Positions 1 through 8,651 of a stretch of DNA of 64,000 bases are shown in pieces. The notes below the pieces were generated by a model. It did not search any database, was not told the origin of the DNA, and saw only the letters and a program-made list of their open reading frames with translations. Made by a program: the position numbers and the translations under genes. The stretch is from Candidatus Marinacidobacterium sp. (GTDB lineage Bacteria > Acidobacteriota > Vicinamibacteria > Marinacidobacterales > Marinacidobacteraceae). The DNA is taken from the NCBI GenBank assembly GCA_965220965.1, contig OZ244852.1, positions 1,184,001-1,248,000 on the forward strand, given 5' to 3'. Every line of letters begins with the position of its first letter. The first letter of the stretch is position 1.

Positions 1-228
1 CACGCCGTGGAGCGGCCCACGCCAGTCGCCGGCCGCGATCTCGCGTTCGGCCTCGGCGGCCCGCGCCCGGGCGTGCTCGCCGGTCACCGTGATGAACGAG
101 TTGATCAGCGGGTCCACGCTCTCGATGTGCGCCAGGTGGGCCTCCACGACCTCCACCGGCGAGAGCTCCCGGCTCCGGAACCGCTCCGACAGCTCGCGCG
201 CCTCCAGCCGGCAGAGCTCCGGAATCAC
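1..228 (-). CDS. Amidase (GatA/amidase signature family), N-terminal part, runs off the window start
   Basis: Not in the ORF track. GTG at 228 overlaps the upstream stop (GTGA) and reads MIPELCRLEARELSERFRSRELSPVEVVEAHLAHIESVDPLINSFITV...WRGPLHGV, a typical amidase N-terminus. Confidence 0.85.
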   Translation of the reverse strand, partial: MIPELCRLEARELSERFRSRELSPVEVVEAHLAHIESVDPLINSFITVTGEHARARAAEAEREIAAGDWRGPLHGV

Positions 229-530
229 GACCCGTCCTCCGGTCCCCGCGCCCGAAACGTCACGGCCGGCTCCACCAGGTCATCCACCTCGAGGTCGCGC
301 ACCGCCTGGAAGAACGCATGGTTCATCCGGACGGCGGGGAGGATCGTCTCCAGCCGGTCGGGCGCGAGCGGATGGTCCGTCATGGCGTTCGCCGCCTCGA
401 GCCGCGCCACCGTCGCGCCGTCGCCGCCCTCGGCGGCGCACCCCGCGAGCATCGCCGCCCCCGCGACCGGGGCGACCGCTGCGCCCCGCAGCACTCTCCG
501 GCGGCTGAACCGCGCTGCTTCCTGTCCCAT
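225..530 (-). CDS. Small Tat-exported lipoprotein, possibly a GatC/AtzG-like amidase partner
   Basis: SRRRVL twin-arginine motif, LAGC lipobox, C-terminal LEVDDLVEPAVTF reminiscent of GatC/AtzG; translationally coupled to the amidase. Confidence 0.65.
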   Translation of the reverse strand: MGQEAARFSRRRVLRGAAVAPVAGAAMLAGCAAEGGDGATVARLEAANAMTDHPLAPDRLETILPAVRMNHAFFQAVRDLEVDDLVEPAVTFRARGPEDGS

Positions 531-641
531 CGTGGCGCCTCCCGAAGCGGCCCGCCGGCGCGCGCGGCGCGCCCGTGGACCCCACCGGGGGGACCGCGCC
601 GCGCGCCTTCGCCGGCCGGCTGCTCGGCTATCCTATGCCCC

Positions 642-1361
642 GTGCTGCTGCGCGAGGCGGACCGGGAAGCGGTCCGCGCCCGGTGGAACGAGCTCGCGGG
701 ACCGGTGTCGGCGACGCTGACCACCCGCCGCCAGAGTCCGCTGGTGATTCCGGGGCGCGTGGAGTGCGAGTCGTGTCCGACGACCGAAGCGCTCGTCGGC
801 GAGCTGGCGGATCTCTCGGAGAACTTCCGGGTGGAGGTCCGTCAGGTGGACGACCATCCCGAGGGATCGCTTCCCGGGGGGCGGATCCCGGTGATCGAAC
901 TCGCCGGAGAGGCGAAGGGCCGGATCCGTTTCGTGGGGCTTCCGGTCGGCCACGAGTTCGGGAGCCTGGTGGACGCCGCGATCGCCGTGTCCGGCGGCCC
1001 CGGGTCCCTTTCGGAGGCCGCTTCGGCGACTCTGGAGTCGCTCACCCGGCCGGTTCACATTCAGGTGTTCACGACCCCCACGTGACCATGGTGCGCCCCG
1101 GCGGCCAGTCTGGCCGTCCAGTTCGCGGTCGCGAGCGAACACGTCTCGACCGACATCGTGCTCGTCCAGGAGTTCCCCGATCTGGCCCGGGCCTACTCGG
1201 TCAGCTCGGTGCCGCTGACGGTGATGGAGCCGGTGCGCAACGGATCGCCGGTGGCGGGGGAGGGGAGTTCCGTGCTGGGCGCCCGGCCCGAGGAGGTCTT
1301 CGTCGAGGCCATCGCCTCGGTGGGCGCGCCGGCCGGAGAGGAGACCGCCGGTGAGGCCTGA
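642..1361 (+). CDS. Protein disulfide oxidoreductase (PDO / AhpF N-terminal-like, two thioredoxin folds), probable selenoprotein with UPWC
   Basis: GTG 642, CESC first site, RFVGLPVGHEF, then VFTTPT-TGA(1083-1085)-PWC continuing in frame to TGA 1361. Joins track ORFs 318..1085 and 1158..1361, which share a frame. Confidence 0.85.
1100..1118 (+). promoter_or_regulatory. Putative bacterial SECIS hairpin
   Basis: GGCGGCCA-GTC-TGGCCGTC stem-loop (one G-U pair) after a 14-nt spacer from the UGA; apex resembles E. coli fdhF CAGGUCUG. Confidence 0.6.
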
Positions 1362-2901
1362 GGCCACCCGCCCGCCGCGCCATCCGGACGCCGACTGGCG
1401 GCTGACGCGCCGCCGGACGCTCCGGCTCCTCGGCGCCGGGACCGCGGGACTCGGGCTTGCGGCGGGACGGTCCGAAGCTCGGGCGGCGCCGTTCTCCGAC
1501 GAGGCGATCCGCGAGCTCGACCGGCAGATCCACCGGATCCGCCGCCGTTTCGGCCTCCGGCGGGCCATCGGGGTCCATGTGGAGCACCTGGAGTCCGGGG
1601 TCACGCTGTTCAGCCACAACCCCGACCGGGCCTACGTGCCGGCGTCCGGCCAGAAGCTCCCGATCATGGGCGCCTGCCTCCACTACCTGGGGCCGAACTA
1701 CCGGTTCAGCACCCGCTTCCTGGTGGAGGCGCCGCCCACCCCCGACGGCGTCATCGAGGGGCCGGTCCTCATCCGGGGCTCGGGCGACCCCAGCCTGAAC
1801 CGCCACGGCATGGACTTCATCGCCGACTCGCTGGCGGCGTACGGGATCACCGCGATCCGGGGCGAGATCATCCTGGACGACTCGTTCTTCACGCCCGAGG
1901 AGACCGACCAGCGGCTGGTGGCGCGGCGGATCCGCTACGACGAGCCGATCCTGAGCGCGCTGGGCTACCACTGGAACAAGGTCGAGGTCGCCGGGCTTCC
2001 GGAACTGGAGGGCGAGCGTCCGAAGCTGCGCGACGAGGGGTACGGCTACTTCGCGATCCAGAACCGCACCGTGCTGCGGAACTCGGGCCGGCCCTACATC
2101 CTCGCCCACCGGCGACCGAACCGGCGGGTGCGGATCGAGGGTCGGATCCGGGCCGACGGCGAGGAGCGGGTCACGCGTTTCACGGCGACCGAACCGGCCC
2201 TCTACTTCGGCTACGCCTTCCGCGGCAAGCTCATCGAGCGGGGGGTCAACGTCCCGGGTCTGCCGCGCCGCCGCACGCCCTCCGACCCCGACCTCCCGCT
2301 GCTCCTCTACCGGCACGACTCGGACCCCATGGCCCGGGTGGTCGAGTCGCCGGGGAAATACTCGAACAACTGGTCCGCCGAGCAGCTCCTGTTCGCGGTG
2401 GGGGCGCACCGCTGGGGCCCGCCGGGAACCCGCGAGAAGGGCGTCCGGGCCGTCGAGGAGTACCTGGTGGGCCTCGGGAATCCGTCCGGGAGTTTCACGA
2501 TCGACGACGGGTCCGGGCTCTCCCGCCGCAACCGGCTGACGCCCCGCCAGCTCGTGACCGTGGTGCGCGATCTTTACGGCCAGCCGGAGCTTCGCCACGA
2601 CTTCCTCGAGTCGCTCGCCCATTCGGGCATCAGCGGCACGCTCGAGCGGCGGATGCGCGCCGACGCCCTCCGGGGACGGGTCATCGCGAAGACCGGAAGC
2701 CTGGCGGGGGTGAGCTCGCTCTCGGGCGTGGCTTTTCCGTCGGACGGCCCCTCCGGCGACCCGTCTGGCGCCCCCTCCGGCGGAGACGAGCGCGCGCTCG
2801 CCTTCGCCGTCATCACGAACGGCCTCCGCACCCAGTGGAGCGGCGACGCGGTGGAGAACGAAATCGCCGCCGCGCTGGTCGAGTGGGGCGGCGCCACCTG
2901 A
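1351..2901 (+). CDS. dacB: D-alanyl-D-alanine carboxypeptidase/endopeptidase (PBP4, peptidase S13) with Tat-like signal
   Basis: PASGQK (SxxK), SNN (SxN), DGSGLSR and AKTGS motifs, GSGDP; LTRRRTLRLL signal. Confidence 0.9.
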   Translation: MRPEATRPPRHPDADWRLTRRRTLRLLGAGTAGLGLAAGRSEARAAPFSDEAIRELDRQIHRIRRRFGLRRAIGVHVEHLESGVTLFSHNPDRAYVPASGQKLPIMGACLHYLGPNYRFSTRFLVEAPPTPDGVIEGPVLIRGSGDPSLNRHGMDFIADSLAAYGITAIRGEIILDDSFFTPEETDQRLVARRIRYDEPILSALGYHWNKVEVAGLPELEGERPKLRDEGYGYFAIQNRTVLRNSGRPYILAHRRPNRRVRIEGRIRADGEERVTRFTATEPALYFGYAFRGKLIERGVNVPGLPRRRTPSDPDLPLLLYRHDSDPMARVVESPGKYSNNWSAEQLLFAVGAHRWGPPGTREKGVRAVEEYLVGLGNPSGSFTIDDGSGLSRRNRLTPRQLVTVVRDLYGQPELRHDFLESLAHSGISGTLERRMRADALRGRVIAKTGSLAGVSSLSGVAFPSDGPSGDPSGAPSGGDERALAFAVITNGLRTQWSGDAVENEIAAALVEWGGAT

Positions 2902-2923
2902 GCGAACCGCCGGTCGCCCCGGC

Positions 2924-4021
2924 ATGAAGCCCATCCCCGGGCTCGACCCTCCGGAGTACGTCGCCTGGCGCGAGGATCCGGAGGTGCTCGCCGGGTTCGG
3001 CCGGACCCTCGAGGCGGATCCGGCGCGGCGGGAGATCGTCGAGGGGCTACCCAGGGATCTGCGCCTGCGGCTCTATGAGGGGCTCGTTCGCAACCGGCTC
3101 CACGACCTGCAACTGAAGCGCTGGGTCCGCTCCGGCGTCCTCTCGAAGGCCTGGCTGGGTCCCGGAGAGGAAGCGGTCACCGTCGGCGCCTGCCACGCGC
3201 TCGGGGAAGGGGACGTGGTCGGCCCGATGATCCGCAACGCCGGCGCGCTCCATGAACGGGGCGTCCCCCTGGTGGACATGTTCCGGGGTTCACTCGGGAC
3301 CGCCGACGGCCCCACGAGGGGGCGGGACATCCACTTCGGCGACCTGAAGCGCGGCGTCATGGGGCCGATCAGCATGGTCGGCTCGCTCGTTCCGGTGTGC
3401 GCCGGCATGGCGCTGGCGTTTCGTCTGCGGGGGGAGCGGCGCGTCGCGCTCACCTGGGCGGGCGACGGAACCGTCGGCACGGCGGGGTTCCACGAAGGGA
3501 TGACCACCGCGGTCTCGATCCGCGCCCCGCTCATCGTGGTCGTCCAGAACAACCGCATCGCCCTCGGCACGCCGCTGGAGGAAGGCGGCGAGACACGCCT
3601 GGAAGCGCTCGGACCCGCCTACGGCGTCCCCTCGCTGCGCGCCGACGGGAACAACGTGCTGGACTGTTTCGCGGCGGTGCGGCAGGCGCGGGAGCTGGCG
3701 CTCCGCGACGAACGCCCGGTCCTCATCGTGGCGCACACGTTCCGGATGGGAGGCCACGCCACCCATGACGAAGGCGTCAGCCGGCAGCTCCTTCCGTCGG
3801 AACGCTTCGAGCACTACGGCGCGCGGGACCCGGTGCGGGTCTACCGCGCGTTCCTGCGGCGCGGCGGCGCCGGGGAGGGGCCGATTCCGGAGGCCGAACT
3901 CGCGGGGCTCGAAGCCCGCGTCGAGGCCGAGGCCGACGCGGCGGAAGCCGACGCCCGGCGCTCGCAGCGCGACGCCCGGCCCGATCCGGCGACCGCGACC
4001 GAGGGCGTGTTCGCCGGCTAA
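2924..4021 (+). CDS. TPP-dependent 2-oxoacid dehydrogenase E1 alpha subunit
   Basis: GDG...VQNN TPP-binding motif, GEEA, ADGNN, FRMGGHATHD. Confidence 0.85.
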   Translation: MKPIPGLDPPEYVAWREDPEVLAGFGRTLEADPARREIVEGLPRDLRLRLYEGLVRNRLHDLQLKRWVRSGVLSKAWLGPGEEAVTVGACHALGEGDVVGPMIRNAGALHERGVPLVDMFRGSLGTADGPTRGRDIHFGDLKRGVMGPISMVGSLVPVCAGMALAFRLRGERRVALTWAGDGTVGTAGFHEGMTTAVSIRAPLIVVVQNNRIALGTPLEEGGETRLEALGPAYGVPSLRADGNNVLDCFAAVRQARELALRDERPVLIVAHTFRMGGHATHDEGVSRQLLPSERFEHYGARDPVRVYRAFLRRGGAGEGPIPEAELAGLEARVEAEADAAEADARRSQRDARPDPATATEGVFAG

Positions 4022-4068
4022 CTGCTTACCCGGCTACCGGACTGCGTTCGGGCCGGCCAGCGCCGGTG

Positions 4069-4512
4069 CTACTCCCGGCGGCGGCCGTTCGCCGGGAAGT
4101 GGTTCAGGCCGAGGCGCGCCGCCGCGCGGTCCGTCTGGTCCACGATGGCGGCGGCGCTGATCCCGAGCGCGATCACCAGCGCTTCGCTGATCTGCTCCTT
4201 GGTGGCGCCGGCGCCGAGCGCCTTCTTGATGTGTCCGTCGAGGCACCCCTCGCACTTGGCCAGCACCGAGCACGCGATGGCGATCAGTTCCTGGGTGCGG
4301 GTGTCGAGGCTGCGCTTGTCGGAGAAATAGGTCTCCTTGTAGAACTGCCCGTAGATCGCCTTCATCCGCGGCTCGAGCATGGAGTACGAAGCCGGAGCGC
4401 GTCGGGGCGTCGGGGCGGCGGCGGATTCCTCCGCCGGACTCTCATCCGCTTCCGGGTCGAAGTCGATCCCGGGAATCCGCGCCTCCGCGGAGCGAGCACC
4501 GTCCTGCGCCAT
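4069..4512 (-). CDS. Carboxymuconolactone decarboxylase / AhpD-like protein
   Basis: LDTRTQELIAIACSVLAKCEGCLDGH...ALGAGATKEQISEA with CxxC. Start uncertain (alternative ATG at 4380). Confidence 0.85.
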   Translation of the reverse strand: MAQDGARSAEARIPGIDFDPEADESPAEESAAAPTPRRAPASYSMLEPRMKAIYGQFYKETYFSDKRSLDTRTQELIAIACSVLAKCEGCLDGHIKKALGAGATKEQISEALVIALGISAAAIVDQTDRAAARLGLNHFPANGRRRE

Positions 4513-4712
4513 ATCCGATTTGCCTCACGCCCGCCCGAGGAACGGGCCGGGACTTCGTGTTACGCACGGCGGGCGACCGGTCCGGCCGCGTCCGCTGCTT
4601 TCGCCTGAACGGGGCGCAAAGGTTACCACCGCCCCCCTCGACGGCCCCGCCCCGGAACAGGTTCCCTTGCGAGGGAAGGGGAGTCGGCGCTCCGGAGTGC
4701 CCGCCAGAGCTG

Positions 4713-6491
4713 CTAGCTCGGCCAGAAGACCGGGATCAGCAGGCTGGCGGTGACGAGCAGGATGAGGTTCAGCGGGCCGCCCACCTTGATGAAGTCGGCG
4801 AACCGGTACCCGCCCGGCCCGTAGATCATCACGTTCGTCTGGTAGCCGAACGGCGTGACGAACGAGGCCGAGGCCCCGAACATGACGGCGATGAGCAGCG
4901 CGTAGGGGTTCATGCCCGCCTGGGTGGCGGCGAAGATCGCGATCGGCGTCAGCATCACCGCGGTCGCCGCATTCGACATGACGGCGCTGACGAGAGCCGT
5001 CAGCAGGTAGAAGGCGGCGACGAGTCCCGTCTCTCCCAGCGGAGCGGCGAGACGCACCACCCCGCCCGCCAGCAACTCCGCCGCTCCGGTGCTCTCGAGC
5101 GCCACGCCGAGCGGGACGAGGCCGGCCAGCACGAAGACGACGAGCCACTCCACCTCGGCGTAGATCTCCTCGATGTGCACGCAGCGGGTGAAGACCATCA
5201 GTCCGACGCCGGTGAGCGCCGCCGTCATGATGTCGAGCAGGCCCAGACTGGCGCTGAGAACGACGCCCACCATGATCGCGGCGGCGACTCCGGCGCGCGG
5301 CCTTCCCCCGGTCGGCGTCTTCACTTCGGCCATCGGCACGAAGCCGGGCTCGTCGGCCAGCCCCTCCAGCGCGTGGGAGGTTCCGTGAACGAGAAGGAGG
5401 TCCCCGACCCGCAGCGAGAGCTCCGCCAGCCGTTCCTTGACGGTGATCCCTCCGTGCTGGATCGCCAGCACGGTGGCCTGGTACCGCTGCGCAAAGCCCA
5501 GATCGCGCAGTGTCCGGCCGATGAGCCCGGAACCGGGCGCCACCAGCAGCTCGACCAGCCGGCCCCGCCCGGCGCTCAGATCGAGTTCGTGCTCCTCGCC
5601 TTCGCGCGGCGTCCGGAGCCGTTGGCGGCGGGCGAGTTCCAGAAGCTGCTCGGCGGATCCCTGGACGTGGAGGATGTCCCCCGGGCGGATGTGCCGTTCG
5701 CCGTGCGGCGCGGTGATCTCCCGTTCTTCGCGGGTGATGTCGAGGACGGTGACGTCGTAGCGCTCGCCCCAGCCCAGCTCCGCCAGCGAAAGGCCGTTCG
5801 CCGGCGAGTCCTCCGGAACGTGCAGTTCCGTGACGAACCGCCGCACGTCGTATTTCCGGGAGAGGTCGGGGGGCCGGATCCGCCGGGGCAGCAGGAGGCG
5901 GCCGACGGTGAAGAGGTAGAGCAGGCCGACCCCGAGACAGATGAGGCCCAGCGGGGTGATGGAGAACATGCTGAGCCCGTCGAACCCGCGGCGAAGCGCC
6001 TCGCCGTGCACCACCAGGTTCGTGGAGGTCCCCATCAACGTGACCGTGCCGCCGAGGATCGAGACGAAGGAGAGCGGCATCAGGTAGCGGGAGGCCGGCT
6101 CCTTCGCCTGTTCGGCGAGGGCGATGAAGACCGGGATAAACACCATCACGACCGCGGTCGTCATCAGGAACGGCGACAGCACCGAACAGACGAGGCAGAG
6201 CAGGAAGAGGCGCCGGTACTTCCCGCCGAGAGGCGCGGTTCGCGCCCACGCCCCGATCGCGGCGACGAGACCGGTCTTCCGGAGCCCCAGCCCCAGCACC
6301 ATCATCGCGGCGACGGTGACCGTGGCGCGGCTCGAGAGGCCCGACACCGCTTCGGCCGGCGTCAGGATCCCGGTCAGGAGGAGTACGACCGGGATCGACA
6401 TCGCGACCTGGTCCAGCCGCAGCCGGTCCAGCGCAAACAGGACCAGCGCCCCCACGGTCAGCGCCAGGACCAGAACGATCTCGAAGGTCAT
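4713..6491 (-). CDS. SLC13-family permease with TrkA-C domains
   Basis: Multiple TM segments, GTSTNL, SNAAT and TPFGYQTNVMIYGPGGYRFADF motifs, central soluble TrkA-C repeats. Confidence 0.9.
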   Translation of the reverse strand: MTFEIVLVLALTVGALVLFALDRLRLDQVAMSIPVVLLLTGILTPAEAVSGLSSRATVTVAAMMVLGLGLRKTGLVAAIGAWARTAPLGGKYRRLFLLCLVCSVLSPFLMTTAVVMVFIPVFIALAEQAKEPASRYLMPLSFVSILGGTVTLMGTSTNLVVHGEALRRGFDGLSMFSITPLGLICLGVGLLYLFTVGRLLLPRRIRPPDLSRKYDVRRFVTELHVPEDSPANGLSLAELGWGERYDVTVLDITREEREITAPHGERHIRPGDILHVQGSAEQLLELARRQRLRTPREGEEHELDLSAGRGRLVELLVAPGSGLIGRTLRDLGFAQRYQATVLAIQHGGITVKERLAELSLRVGDLLLVHGTSHALEGLADEPGFVPMAEVKTPTGGRPRAGVAAAIMVGVVLSASLGLLDIMTAALTGVGLMVFTRCVHIEEIYAEVEWLVVFVLAGLVPLGVALESTGAAELLAGGVVRLAAPLGETGLVAAFYLLTALVSAVMSNAATAVMLTPIAIFAATQAGMNPYALLIAVMFGASASFVTPFGYQTNVMIYGPGGYRFADFIKVGGPLNLILLVTASLLIPVFWPS

Positions 6492-6568
6492 GTCAGGGCG
6501 CCGACCTCAGAACCGAGCGGCTGTCGGTTGTTCCGATCAGGATCCCGGCCGGCGAGGGGTAGGGGAGG

Positions 6569-6847
6569 CTACCGGCCGAAGCGGCGCGGAGCGAACCGCG
6601 AACCCCAGGGCGTCCGGGGCTTCCTGCGGCGCGGCGGCGGCTTCGGGGGCCTGCTCTCCGGCGTCTCCGACGGAGCGGGTTCCGGCCGCTCGAGATTCAG
6701 GACGACCGGTTGGAGCTGCCGCTCCAACTCTTCCTGCCGTGGTTCCGGGTCCACCCACCTCAGGAAGAACCTCTCAACCCAGTTGAGCCCGTCCCCACGC
6801 TCCCGCCGGACGCTGCGGGAGTCTGTTTCGCCCGTTGATCCGCCCAT
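6569..6847 (-). CDS. Hypothetical ~92-aa protein with Pro/Arg-rich basic tail
   Basis: ATG 6847 preceded by GGAGAG; 3' part of track ORF 6569..7063; fills the gap between the permease and the repeat array. Confidence 0.45.
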   Translation of the reverse strand: MGGSTGETDSRSVRRERGDGLNWVERFFLRWVDPEPRQEELERQLQPVVLNLERPEPAPSETPESRPPKPPPRRRKPRTPWGSRFAPRRFGR

Positions 6848-6898
6848 CGCCCGCTCTCCCAGAGGATAACGCCGGGAAACCGGGCGCGGATCTGGTTG

Positions 6899-7114
6899 CC
6901 GACCTGTTCGCCGCGGCGCTCTTTCCCTATCGGAAGTTGAAATCCAGGGGATTTCAACTTCCGGCGCGTGGCGACCTGCTTCGGCGGTCCCGCAGTTCCT
7001 TATCGGAAGCTGGAATCCTCCCGAACTTCGACTTCCCGCGGCGACTTGCTTCCGCGGTCCCACAGTTCCTTATCGGAAGTCTGAATCGTTCCGATTCAGA
7101 CTTCCGATAAGGAA
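6899..7114. repeat. Three tandem ~70-bp imperfect repeats, each ending in an inverted repeat (hairpin)
   Basis: Units at ~6899, 6971 and 7041 share CGAC(C/T)TG...GCGG...TTCC(C/T)TATCGGAAG. Perfect 15-bp stem 6931-6963 (loop AGG), perfect 23-bp stem 7066-7114 (loop TTC), middle unit degenerate. Confidence 0.9.
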
Positions 7115-7127
7115 TCTTATGTTAAGT
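7100..7127 (+). other. dif: dif-like XerC/XerD recombination site (probable chromosome dimer resolution site)
   Basis: ACTTCCGATAA-GGAATC-TTATGTTAAGT, 11-6-11 layout. Right arm is 10/11 identical to the E. coli XerD arm TTATGTTAAAT; left arm resembles B. subtilis ACTTCCTAGAA. Intergenic; GGGNAGGG polarity flips here. Confidence 0.8.
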
Positions 7128-7194
7128 AGTGAGGTTGGAGCGCGCGGGAGCGGCTACAAGGAGGCGGTTCCAGGAAACAGGGAACGGACGCCCG

Positions 7195-8118
7195 TCAGTC
7201 CTGCTGCGACTCCCGGAACTCCGTGACCGCGCCGTGGAAGACGAAGAGCGCATCGCGGTCATCCGTCGGCGACTCGAAGTTGTAGGTCCGGCCACCCAGG
7301 ACCTTGAGCCGGAGGTTGTTCGCGATGTAATCGAACTCGAACGCCTCGACCTGCGCGAACGGAAGCTGGAAGGCGTCCCGGTGGTCCGTCCGGTAGTCGA
7401 ATCCCTCCGGACCGACATGGAGGACGCCGCTGCAGGACCCGAAGCGGTGCTTGTGGACCACTTCCACGTTGACATCCAGCGTCGCGGTCGGCGCGACCAG
7501 ATCGAAGCGCTCGCGCACCGGAGCGCGCTCGACATGGACCCGCCGGTTCTGGACCTCGTAGCCCTCGGCGGACACCGTGAGCCGGTATTCGCGGGGCTGG
7601 AGATCCCCGATGGTGACCGGCGCGTTGCCCTTGAAGTTCCGGTCGAGGAAGACCATCGCCCCGGGCGGGTTGGAGTCCACCACGATGGAGCCGAGCATCT
7701 CGGCCAGATCCACCGGCACGGAACGCGTCCGGCCGGCGCGGATCGTGATTTCGGCCTCGAACGGGTGGAAGTTCTCGCGCTCGACGCGGAGGTCGTGCGT
7801 TCCGGCGTCGAGGTCTTCCCAGCGTCCCGGGGCCGACCCCAGTTGGCGGCCGCCGAGGAAGACCATCGCGCCCTCGGCCCCGACGACTTCGAGCGCCCCG
7901 GTCGTGGGGGCTGGCGGCGGAGGCGGCCGCTCGGGGGCGTCCGGTTCGGGAGCCGGTTCCGGCTCGGCGGCGGCCGGCGCCTCGTCCACCGGCTCGGAGG
8001 CTGGCTCGTCCCCTCCCCCGCACCCGACGAGCAGGAACGCGCCGAAGAGCGCCAGAAGAAGCGCCGCCAGCCGCGCCGGCGCAGCGTGACTCGGGTGGGG
8101 CCACTGCATCGGAATCAC
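7195..8118 (-). CDS. PEGA domain-containing lipoprotein
   Basis: LLVGC lipobox, Pro/Glu linker, two PEGA-like repeats (GSIVVDSNPPGAMVFLD...G.APVTI). GTG 8118 overlaps the upstream stop (alternative ATG 8109). Confidence 0.8.
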   Translation of the reverse strand: MIPMQWPHPSHAAPARLAALLLALFGAFLLVGCGGGDEPASEPVDEAPAAAEPEPAPEPDAPERPPPPPAPTTGALEVVGAEGAMVFLGGRQLGSAPGRWEDLDAGTHDLRVERENFHPFEAEITIRAGRTRSVPVDLAEMLGSIVVDSNPPGAMVFLDRNFKGNAPVTIGDLQPREYRLTVSAEGYEVQNRRVHVERAPVRERFDLVAPTATLDVNVEVVHKHRFGSCSGVLHVGPEGFDYRTDHRDAFQLPFAQVEAFEFDYIANNLRLKVLGGRTYNFESPTDDRDALFVFHGAVTEFRESQQD

Positions 8119-8621
8119 GCCTCCAGCCGCCGGTAGCCCCGGTTCTGGTAGACGAGCGGCGCCGCGTCCGGCCGCTCGACGGCGGCATCGACGATGCGGC
8201 CGATGAAGAGCGTGTGGTCCCCTTCCCGGTGCGCCGACGCGACTTCGCAGTCCAGCCACCCGATGCAGCCGTCGAGGCGCGGGGGCGCGCCCTCCGGCGA
8301 CGACCCCTCCGCATGGGCGCCGGCGAACTGCTCTGCGCTCCCGAGGCCCGGCCGGGCGAAGTGGTTCGACACGTCCCGCTGGTCCTCTCCCATCAGGTGG
8401 ACCCGGAACCGGCCCGCGGCGATCGCCTCGTGGGCGCGCGCCTCCACCGCAATCGACACCAGGACGAGCGGCGGCTCGAGGCTCACCGAGACGAACGAAC
8501 TCACCGTGATCCCCCGCGGGCCGTCGGCGCCGCGGGCCGTCACCACCGTGACCAACTGGGGCGCCCGCCGCATGAAGTCGCGGAGCAGCTCGCCCGCATC
8601 CGGCGGCGTCGTCACCTGCAA
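8115..8621 (-). CDS. Flavin reductase (DIM6/NTAB family)
   Basis: VTVVT, GITVSSFVSVSLEPPLVLV, GDHTLFIG and PLVY motifs. Confidence 0.92.
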   Translation of the reverse strand: MQVTTPPDAGELLRDFMRRAPQLVTVVTARGADGPRGITVSSFVSVSLEPPLVLVSIAVEARAHEAIAAGRFRVHLMGEDQRDVSNHFARPGLGSAEQFAGAHAEGSSPEGAPPRLDGCIGWLDCEVASAHREGDHTLFIGRIVDAAVERPDAAPLVYQNRGYRRLEA

Positions 8622-8651
8622 GGCGTCACCCGCCGGAGACCCGGCCCCGGC

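Noticed and set aside
6899-7114. Hairpin repeats as a CRISPR array, integron attC sites or simple terminators
   Set aside because: No unique spacers, cas or intI genes, no cassette ORFs between units and no U-tracts; the conserved core is the dif left arm.
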